Positions 23,486-33,658 of a stretch of 64,000 nucleotides of DNA are shown here, piece after piece (within the stretch, counting starts at the first letter, position 1; each line of letters begins with the position of its first letter). The notes beneath the pieces are model-generated. The model saw only the letters and a list, made by a program, of their open reading frames with translations. It was not told the origin of the DNA and ran no database searches. Source of the stretch: Craspedostauros australis (lineage: Eukaryota); the NCBI GenBank assembly GCA_030167865.1, contig JALAGF010006097.1, positions 1 through 64,000 of the forward strand. The letters run 5' to 3'. The translations under genes and the position numbers were made by a program.

Positions 23486-26400
23486 ATGAACCAATCTGCG
23501 GCGACGTTCATGCAAGCAGCAGCAGGAGCAGCCAATGACACGATGGCAGCAGCGATGGCGATGGTGATGGGAGGTGGTACGCATGAAGGGGCTGCGTTGG
23601 GATCATTCGACAACGTCTCCTCGTTTGGAGATGCCATCCTGCACAATAGCAGCAGCAGCATAAGCAATGGCACATCCACGAACGTGACCGCCCCGGAATG
23701 GATGGTGAACTTTGTGGAGTTCCGACGGCGGCTCTTTTTGCAGACCGTGGAGCCGGTGATTGTTGCCATCTTGGGACCAGGGGAAGACGACAGCGCATCA
23801 ACGCATCGCTTCATTCCCTACGATATGGGCGATGGTGATGTTGAGGCTGGATTCGGCATGGATGCAACGTCGCTAACGGCTGGAGACGTCGACGAAGATC
23901 ATCGCAGGCTCTTCAGCCTCTCTTTCCCGGAATACGTCAAGGATGCATCTCTCGTCAAGGCGACCCCGATGACATTCTCGTCCCTCTTCACGCTCTTCCT
24001 CATCATGTCCTGCCTCATGCTCATCTTCCTCAGCTGCTTCTACCACAACCAAAAAACGAGTCCATTGTTCATATCGCCGAGACGCCATCGGTTGCCCAAG
24101 TTGGTGCCGCCACCGTTGCCTGTGGAAGGCTACTTTGATTGGGTAAGTCTCCATGTGTGCATGCAATACAAGCATGTATTATGTATATGTGTGGATGCGT
24201 GTGTGTTTGGGTGTGCGCCTCGATTGTGTCCGTATGCTTTGCGTCATTTCAGTTGCATTCACATTGCTGACATTCATCACTCTCTCTTTCGCAATGCTGT
24301 GACAAACTTGATGCGATACATGGCTGGTCCACACCATACATACTGACGATCGATGACTGACGACTGACGACCGATGATGCAGATCAGAGTATGCTTCTAC
24401 ATGTCGGACGAGGAGATTATTCAGAGGATTGGCTACGACGCCCTCATCTTCCTTCGCTTTCATAGATTGGCGTTGCGGTGCATCGTGAAGATGGCAGTGT
24501 TTTCATTCATCGTTCTGCTCCCGTTGAATTTCACAGGTGGCGGTGAAGCGAAGGCTGACGACCTGAGAGGGTACGTGGGATCCATCATCTCCACGGATTT
24601 CATGCGTTTCACGATGGCCAACGTCATGGGCGGATCGTCGCGGCTGTGGGTGCATTGCTTTGCTGCGTATCTTCTCACGGCCATAGTCGTGCGCGAATTG
24701 CTCATCGAGTACGAGACGTTCAACTCGATCCGGCATCTCTACTTGCTCAGCCGCGAACCGCACCTGCGCACGGTCCTCGTCACCAACATTCCGCGTCACC
24801 TGCGCTCGCCCAGCAAGATCAGCACCTACTTCCGTCACGTCTACCCCAACGCCGTGCGCAGCGTTGCCATGTGCCAGAACCTCCTCAACCTCGAACAGCT
24901 CGTGAGGCAACGCACCAAGGTGCTGTCCAAGATTGAGAAGCATTTGCTGATGCTGTGCCGATCCGAGAAACGCAAGCTGTTCGAACGATCCAAGATCTGG
25001 ACCGTGGGCCGGTTATTTCATTCGAAGCTGGAGGACTTTGGCATGGTCGAAGGATTCCAGGAGCGATTCTCAAAGCTCTACTCGCAATTGGAGATCCTCA
25101 ACGAGGAGGTCGAGAAGGAGCAGAAACGCCGACGGCGCGTGATGAAGAAGCTTGATCTCATGGAGTCGGGGGATGGTCGCAAGGATATTGACTACATTCT
25201 CGCCAGCCCATTCGTCATGGCGAACGATCCCAATCACCAGCGATTACTTGGCCTGCAGACGGATCCAAGAAAATACGCACCGCCGTCAGCCACTGGCGGC
25301 CGTGGCCAGCCACAAAGCGACGCTCAGAAGATGGGTTACATGGATGTCGGACATCAGAACAGCACTGCGTACCATCCACCGCCGATGAACGCGGAAGGAT
25401 TGCGAGCAAGGAGCCCGCCGCAGCCAAATGCCAAGCCACCGACAACAACAGGAGAGCGCCATGTTAATTTCGCCGCAGGAGCCAAGGACAACAGCAACAG
25501 CAAGCCATTCGTCAAGGCGAAGTCTGCGATTCGACGGTATTCCAAATTATCCCGCGACGTCTCATTGTTCGGTCGCCCCAACCGATCAACCGTCACCTTG
25601 GATTCGGACGGGCACATCGAGGATCACATCAACGAAGTGACGGACAAGGCATTCGTCGTCATGAGAACGTTCACGGCGGCCACCATCGCAATTCAGTCCA
25701 TGCACTCCTCCAAACCAGGTGCGATGCAGGTGTCGACGGCTCCGGAACCCAGAGATGTCCTGTGGGAGAATATCTACCTTAGCAAGGGAGCCATCAGGAC
25801 GCGATCTTTCCTCGGCGAACTGCTCGTGCTTCTGATCATCTCCTTCTACATCATCCCGGTGGCGACTCTTTCGTTGCTGCTGAGCGAATCCGCCCTCATC
25901 GGCATGTCGCCTCGGTTGGCGCAGCTCGATCAGGCAACCGTCTTCTTCTCTTCCGCCATCGCCATGGTGCAACCACTGTGCATCGTGACCCTGCAGCAGC
26001 TGCTCCCACCGCTGTTCATGGCGATCACGCGACTAGAAGGTCTGTCGTCCTTCAGCGAGGTCCAGATGAGGGCATTCTCACGGTACTTCCTCTTCCAGGT
26101 CCTCAACGTCTTTTTGGTGACCACGATCGCCGGATCCATCTTCGACACTGTCGCCACGATCGTCGACAATCCAGAATCTGCATTCGAAATGCTGGGCAAC
26201 TCGCTGCCGAAGATGTCGTCCTTCTTCATCACCTTCGTCACGATCAAGAGCTTCTTCGGTTTGGGGTTGGAATTGGTCCGGACGATGTCATTGGTGCAGG
26301 CGACCATCCGGTACATCTTTGTGCCCAACGCAACGCTTCGCACGGCCCGCAGCATCGTGATGGGCATGCGCGCCATCGACGATCCCGGCTGGTTCCCATT

Positions 26401-27367
26401 CCACAAGATTCTGGCCCAGGACATGCTCGTGGTGGTGATTTCGGTCGTCTTCGCGGTCGTGGCGCCGCTGGTGCTGCTCCCATGCGCGATGTTCTGCCTA
26501 TTTTCACGCATCATGTGGACCCATCACCACATGTACGTGTATGAAAGCGTCTTCGAGAGCGGAGGTCAGTTCTGGCCCAAGATCTTCCGTCGCTTCGTCT
26601 TTGGTCTGATCATCGCGCAGATGACGATCACGGGACAGTTCATCCTGAAGGAGGCCAGACACGAGGCCTACGCCACGATCGCGTTGATGTTCATGACGTA
26701 CCTGTTCCTTCGCAGAACGCGCGCGCGGTATGATCCCACCAGCTTCACGCTGCCGTTGGAGGTCGCCACGGTGATGGACATATCATTGACCCAAGAGCAG
26801 GAGACGAAGAAGCGATCACAACAACACGAGAATCAGAAACGAGCGAACGATGGACAGATTCCGGAGGCTGCCGGAGCAACAACTGGACAGGCCCCGTCCT
26901 TGGAGCCAACGTCGTCGACTGACGCGCATGACATGCGGAGCCAAACCACAGCATCCCTCCCCGACGCAGGTGTCGTCGACGTGGATTCCGATCTGGGCAT
27001 GCGCATTGGACGATACGATCCGTTCGAGAAGGCATACATGCAACCCGCCCTGCGTGCCAATCCACGCGCGAAGCCAGAGCAGCCATTCCCACCAGCTCAG
27101 CTCGGCCGTGAAGAGATATTTTTCGGCAACGGCGCATCCAACGCGGAGACGCTCTATGACACGGGTGCGACGCTGCGGCTGAAGTCCATGAATCAGCAGG
27201 ATCGGCGGATGGTCAATCGATGGTGGGATGATCAACTGCAGCGTTGCGGTGATCAGAACATCTTTGCCATTCTGGCAGGAGAAGAATGCGGCACCTTGAC
27301 GCTGGGTGGACGGCCGTACTTCAACGAACCCATGCCTGGCGATGACAGCAGCCACGTGTTCGTGTAG
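23486..27367 (+). CDS. OSCA/TMEM63 (CSC1/ERD4-like) Ca2+-permeable stress-gated channel
   Basis: Exons 23486-24142 and 24383-27367 splice to give YFDW|IRVCFYMSDEEIIQRIGYDALIFLRF. Other family motifs: RTVLVTNIP, APEPRDVLWENI, YFLFQVLNVFLVT and YVYESVFESGGQFWP. Confidence 0.93.
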
Positions 27368-27727
27368 ACCCCCTCTAGAGAAGCGACGAGAAGAGAAGAG
27401 CAGAAAGCTACGATCGTGACAGTGGCAGTTACAGATGGCTGGATGGCCCAACGGTTGGATACAAGTGTATTCTGCAATAATATAATAGTGAATATGCTTG
27501 TACCGTACCATACCACACCGTGCTACGTTGCACACGCCACTATACTCAAACCAACTGTTCACAACAAGACAATTTCATGAAACCGGATTGCGCGCACGTG
27601 GTCTCTCTCTCTACTCTCGTGTGTAGGTATGGTTATGTGCATGTCCATGTGCTTCATGTGGTTGTTACGACGCACGTGGCAGCGACGGAGTACAACCGAG
27701 ACCAACCCCTCGTGCCCATCGGTTAGG

Positions 27728-30700
27728 CTATCCAAAATCTGCTTCGAACGTCGAGTGAGACCCAGACCCAGACGAGGAACTTGATGCAGACCCGTAGCTC
27801 GAGTTCGATCCTTTGCGTGAACTTCGCGATGTTGAACCTGGCGCAGAACTTCCTGCAGAGCTTCCATAGGACTCGTTGCTGTAGCGAGATTGAGAGTCAC
27901 TTGTGGAGGTCGAATACGATTTGCGACTGGAGCGTGAAACCGAGTCTCCTGCAGAACTCGCGTGCGATCTCCTGCTTGAACGCGATGCTGAATCGCCTGC
28001 AGAGCTTGCATTTGATTTGCGGCTTGATCGTGATACGGAGCCCATGGCTGAACCTGCATCGGAATTGTCGTTGGAAAGCCACGCCGAATCTCCGGAAGAA
28101 CGGGCATACGACTTTTGACTCGAATGCGATGCTGAATCTGCAGCCGATCCTGAGCGCGAACTACGGCCCGATCGCGATACCACGTCGGCTTCGGCAGCCT
28201 TACCGGCACGGGAGCCGTTGCGTGAACTGTTTCCGGATTTCGACGATGCGACGGATCCAGCGACCGAGTTTTTCTGCGAACCGCTGCGAGATGTTCGGCT
28301 AGCCCTTGATGCAGAGTCCGCCACCGATCCCTTGCGAGAGCTCTTTGCCGAATTCGCGGCAGAAGCTGCGCCCGATCTTGCCGACGATCTGGACCCCACA
28401 CTTTCTTCGACGACTTCAACGTCATATTCCTCATCAATGAACTCTTCGATAACCTCCTCTTCTTCTACATCATCATCTTCCACCACTTCCTCCTCCTCGT
28501 AGGACCCTCCGTTTGATCCGTCAAAGGTCGTCTCGAAGGGTACATCCTCGAAGACCAATTCTTCAAATTCTTCTTCCACTTCTTCGACATCTTCAACTTG
28601 CAGATTTGCTCCTCCGAACACACCGTCGTCTGGTTTGATCGCCTTAGATTCTGCTGTTCCTCCAAATGCATCGTTTGAAAAGAAGTCATCATCCTCTTCA
28701 GCTTCTGCAGGTGTTTTGACATTCGCAAACGGATCCTCAAAATCCATCTGTGCCATTTGCTCTGTGATGTTCTCGGATTCGCTCTGGCTGTCAGAATCTT
28801 CTTCCTCCACCGTTTCGATTATTATTCCTCTTCGTGCTGACGATGATAGCGATGGGATCGATGCAGGTGATGGTGGTTCTGCTTTGCTCGGCTTGGACTG
28901 TTTTCGCACTGATGATGATGATGATGACGACGAAGATGCTGATGACGACGAAGATGCTGATGACGAAGATACTGATGACACCGACGCTGCCTTTGACGGA
29001 GACTTCAACGATGCCTTGGACGATGACGGTTTAGACGGAGCTGTTGATGACGCTCTCGATGATGCCTTCGACGGTGCTTTAGAAGAGGCTTTCGATGATG
29101 CCTTCGACGGCGCTTTAGAAGAGGCCTTGGATGACGCCTCGGATGGTGATTCTGAATCAGAAGACTTGACCGACGCCTTTGAGAGCGATTTGGATAACAC
29201 CTCCGGTCTTGAAGATGCTGATTTCGAAGATCCCTTCGATGATGCCGCAGATGGAGCTTTGGATGACGTCTGGGACCTTGCGGATGCAGGTTTGGGTGAG
29301 CCGTGCGATGACGCTTGTGATCTGGTGGATGCAGGCTTGGATGGTGCCTTCGATGATGTCTGAGATCGTACAGATGCAGGTTTTGATGATGCCTTTGACG
29401 AGGCCTTCGACAATGCCTTGGAAGACGCTTTCGACGACGCCTTCGACGACGCCTTCGAGAGAGCCTTTGACGATGCAGACGCAGATGATTTCGATCCCAA
29501 CGACGCTTCTTCGTTCAGCTCTGTTTCCGGTTCGGCTTTTGGTTCGGTCGGTTCTTGTTGATTGAAAAAGTCTGCGCTGCCCATGCCGCCTGCTTGATCT
29601 TCGCTGTCTTCGTTTCGCCCCCATTCATCGAAGTCGGTGTCTCCCGCTGATCCTTCTGTTTCTGTAAAATCCGGTTCCTTCTTTTCCTCCGCCCCCTGAG
29701 GGCTCCCTCCTCCTCTTTGTGCAGAGGGACTCGGAGACGGCGGCGGCGATTTCTTTGCACGCCGTTTCCTCGGATCCGGACCAATAAAGACTTGTTTCGA
29801 TAGCATGTTGTCCAGCACATCGATCGTCAGACCGCATGACACAAGATGATCAGCGAGACGATCCAACGGATCGACGATCTCAGTCATGTCCACCTCTGGC
29901 AGCGTATCTCGGCTGGCCTTGGGCACGAGAAGTTCGACTCTCGCTTCGGCAGATCGCAGGATACCATGCAGATACGTGCCCGACACGCGGCCATCCGTCA
30001 AACCGTCGGTTTCGCCAGAATTGAATCGCAACAGCGGTTCGAATTTGCGGCCGTCGTTGATGATGGTGGTGCTGCCGCAATGCAATTCGAAACCTTCCAC
30101 TCGCAGGTTGGAACGGATGAGCTTCGCTTTGCGCGGTCGCACGACCTTACTTTCGGCCGGCTCGATGGTGGTGATGAGCGGCAGGAGGTTCATGCCGTCC
30201 GTCTCGCCGACGCCCTCAACGCCATCTGGATCTTCCACTCTACGACCCAGTATTTGGAATCCTCCGCACAATCCCAAAATGTGACCGCCAGCAACGGCAT
30301 GCTCTTGCAAGAACTCGGCCCAACCGGAATTGCGCAGCCATCTCAAATCGAATCGCGTCAACCTAGATCCCGGCAGGATGACGGCGGTGGTGTGGGGATA
30401 CGGTTTGGGTATGTTCGTGCGTCTCCACTCCACGTTGAACCGAGTGTCTGCTTCCAACGGGACCAAATCGTCCGCGATCGCCGTGTGAGGATACGCAATG
30501 ACGACAACGTTCGCAGGTTTGCGAATGTTCGAGTTCGATGCCGTTGAGGACGTGTCCGTCGCATCATTTGTTGGTCGCTTGGAGATGACAGGTTTGCTCT
30601 CCTTGGCCAATCGCCGTTCGATGCCAAGACCATCCTCCTCGGGCAAGTTAAGATTGTACAGATACGGCACCACGAAGACTGGCTTTCCCACCATCGTCTG

Positions 30701-31852
30701 TGGGTATTAGTGTGAGTATGGAACGATTATCAGAAGAAATGGGGTGAGGAAGGCGAATGTGAGAAGTGCAGAAAGTATGTGATCCAGTAGTCGTTGGTCA
30801 CCGCAAGATCGAGAGTGGAAGATATCATGAAGATATGTTGCAGCCTTCAGAATCGCAGGATGCATTAATCAGGCAACGTGCAACGCTCGATCCACGCCAA
30901 CTATGAACTGCGGGCTTCATAAACAACCCACCCTGCACTCGTACCAAACTGGCGCAAAACCACGTACCTCAATCATTTTCGGACCAGGCTCAAAGTACTT
31001 GGCCTCTCCGCGCAGCATGTTGACGATGATTCCCGCGCACAGCTCCCAATCGCGTTCCGACACGCACGCCTTCGTGCCCACGATCTGCGCGAAGACACCG
31101 CCGACATCGATGTTCGCCACGAGCAGCCAGGGACAGTTCAAGGACCGCACCAACGGCAGATTGACGATATCGCGATCGATCAGGTTCAATTCCGTGCAAC
31201 TGCCGGCCCCTTCCAGCACGATGACATCGGCATCGGTCGCTTCCATCAAGGCCGTGTGCGATGCCAGGACCATGGCGCGCAACGTCGTCGTGCGCTGCTT
31301 CAAGTCGCCGTACGTTTCCTTGGCAATTTGCTTGCCCAGCACGACGACGGAGCACATGTATTCACCGTGCTCGTTCTTGCCGCCGCTCTTCAATAGGACT
31401 GGATTCATCTCGACGCGCGGAAGCAACCGGCAGGCCTCGGCCTGCAGGGCCTGCGCTGTGCCGATCTCGCCGTATCCGTGATCGGGTTTGTTGTGCTGGT
31501 TGCTGCGAGGTTTGGTTTGGATGGCACGTTGGAAGGCGGAGTAGAGAACTTCGCGGCGTTCATGGCTGGGCAGCAGCGCGGGTGCGGCGTTGTTGCTCAT
31601 GTTCTGCGCCTTGAAGGGTGCCACCTGACGTTTGGCGTTGGAGAAGATGCGGCAGATGCCTGCCGTGATGGTGGTTTTGCCAGCATCCGACATCGTTCCC
31701 ATGATGCCCAATGAACGGCATCGTCCGTCGTTCATGTTGCTGGCAGTACTCTTCCTGCCACTGCCGCCGCTTCTACCGCTCCTTCCGCTTCTGCCGCTTC
31801 TGCCGCTTCTGCTCCCGTTGCTGTGGACGCTGCCAGCCTTGCTTGTACCCAT
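27728..31852 (-). CDS. cobQ: Cobyric acid synthase (CobQ/CbiP) with a long low-complexity C-terminal extension
   Basis: Exons 31852-30968 and 30697-27728 (GT..ctaatac..AG intron, phase 0). Synthetase motifs: GTMSDAGKT, PFKAQNMSNNA, GEIGTAQALQA, MNPVLLK, LEGAGSCTELNL, NIDVGGVFA. GATase motifs: ILPGS, LGLCGGFQILG, GFELH, GTYLHG. Confidence 0.93.
29000..29480 (-). repeat. Coding tandem repeat (SSKA / SKAPSKASS, 12- and 24-nt units) in the cobQ tail
   Basis: Repeated + strand units such as gatgccttcgac and gacgccttcgac translate on minus to SKASSKAPSKASSKA. Boundaries are approximate. Confidence 0.8.
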
Positions 31853-31892
31853 CGTTCAACGAATCAATGAATGGCGATTGGATTGCTTGCTT

Positions 31893-31950
31893 GAATGAAT
31901 GAATGAATGAATGATTGAATGATTGAATGATTGAATGAATGAATGAATGA
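31893..31950. repeat. (TGAA/TGAT)n microsatellite just upstream of cobQ
   Basis: Direct reading: gaatgaatgaatgaatgaatgattgaatgattgaatgattgaatgaatgaatgaatga. A similar tract lies at about 7297-7322. Confidence 0.85.
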
Positions 31951-32276
31951 GGGTGGCAACAGTCACGGTGCGATGGCGTTGCGTCCACGATGACACCATG
32001 ATTGGTCGCGAAGGCGAACGCAAAAGGTGGTGAATCACGTGCCTGTCGCGTTCTTGTCAAAATTCAGTTTTCGGAAATCAGCCAATTATTTTATCGTTGG
32101 TTCGTCATCCGTATTTACCTCAAAGCTACGTACGGTTGTTTCCATCCAACGCGGAATGCAGACATCTCTTCCCACTCGTACCATACGACCTATCTTGCCA
32201 TCTTTCCAGATCCGCCAACCCCACTGCCACAACGCAAAACAACACAACTCCCATTTCCAACTTTCCAACGATCATA

Positions 32277-33170
32277 CTATACGGAAGTCTCCTCTGTGCG
32301 CTGATAGTTGAAAATCTTTCCATCCACCGGATCCCAGGTCGTCAGGAGGTGCCACACAGCGGAAGGCCAGGCACTTCGAGGATGCTGCACGAAGGGATGG
32401 GCGACTGCATCCCACACTTTCGATGTGAGATTGCTGGTAGTTGGATCAACGAAACCAACCATCTTGGAACCCTGCTGCAGTTGATCGCGCAGCTGTTTGC
32501 TGGGAGACTTCGTCAAGACGATGGTGCGTTGCAACGACGTCATCTGCTCTTGTCGCGTTCTCAGCTTGGCCCATGCATCTTCGACGCCGTTGTCTGCCGA
32601 AGGTGTGATCCAATAGTGGACCTGCGCAAGATCTGCTGCTGCAGCTGAGTCGTTATCATTCAGAACCTTGACTTTCTTGTTGCCCGTGGCATGCACAAGG
32701 GATTGTGCGAGTTCTTCTGTAGCCGCCGTGCTGTCATTGGTACTCTCGATCAAGACGTAATGGCCCAAACCAACGAGGAATCGGAGGAAATCTTCGTCGT
32801 AGTCGTCAGGAATGGTGACGCAAATCGTCTTGACGTACTGCCCCGCATCCGGCGCCTTCAATTGCGTCGCCAGGTGCTGCAGCAGATAATCGACGATGTC
32901 ATGTTGCCGCTCCTCCACAGCGACCTCGAGCGGCACGCTGTCCGTGAGGTCCTCCGAGATCTGCGCATCGGCGTTGCCATCCTCGATCAGCATGCGGACC
33001 AGCTCCACGTTGCCGCTGCCTCGGATTGCCTCGAAGATGGGGCATGACAGGTACTCGGCATGCTGAAAGTTGACGTCGGTGCCGTCCTTGAGATGACGTG
33101 CGACGAGGCCCACGTCGTTCTCACTCGTCACCTTCATCAGGTTCTTCCAGTCGGCGCCGGTCGTTGGCAT
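32277..33170 (-). CDS. Ankyrin-repeat protein with a possible degenerate Rossmann/SDR-like C-terminus
   Basis: N-terminal GADWK...GTDVNFQHAEYLSCPIFEAI...GNVELVRMLIE...PLEVAVEERQHDIVDYLL are ankyrin repeats. The C-terminal half is only weakly assignable. Confidence 0.7.
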   Translation of the reverse strand: MPTTGADWKNLMKVTSENDVGLVARHLKDGTDVNFQHAEYLSCPIFEAIRGSGNVELVRMLIEDGNADAQISEDLTDSVPLEVAVEERQHDIVDYLLQHLATQLKAPDAGQYVKTICVTIPDDYDEDFLRFLVGLGHYVLIESTNDSTAATEELAQSLVHATGNKKVKVLNDNDSAAAADLAQVHYWITPSADNGVEDAWAKLRTRQEQMTSLQRTIVLTKSPSKQLRDQLQQGSKMVGFVDPTTSNLTSKVWDAVAHPFVQHPRSAWPSAVWHLLTTWDPVDGKIFNYQRTEETSV

Positions 33171-33658
33171 GGTGGTAATAGTACAATATGTCGATGTTAT
33201 TGTAGAATGTAGAGAATAATAGAATAGAATACACTATTAGATAATATGTTGCTGTGTGGTTTGCATGATGGCATGGATTGTGGGAGGAGAAGCAGTTGCG
33301 GTAGCGATGGTGGTGGCGGCAGTGATGTTGGTGTGGATCGCGGCAGTTGCTTGTGGATTTTGGTTGGGGTGATGACGAGAGCAAAAGAAGCGAAATTCGT
33401 GTCAAATTGAATCGTGTTTTGTTGTGGACACTAGTCATGTATGACTCATACGAATAACACATCCGGCAGCGATGACGTCATGAATTCCGATTGTGTTTTC
33501 TTCTCAATTCGAACCGAAAAAATGAATGAAACATGCCAACAAACAAACACCTCCACGAATCATCTCACCAATGCGATCTTTCCTTTCCATCGAGTTCTTC
33601 GTTGCTTTGGATGCGTGGCGATTGGCGTTATGGTGTTTGTTCGTTGGATTGTGGTCGC

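Noticed and set aside
28635..29363. 242-aa Asp-rich ORF on + (DDAFDGALEE repeats)
   Set aside because: Best explained as the antisense shadow of the Ser/Lys repeat in the cobQ tail; it has no ATG start and no independent motif.
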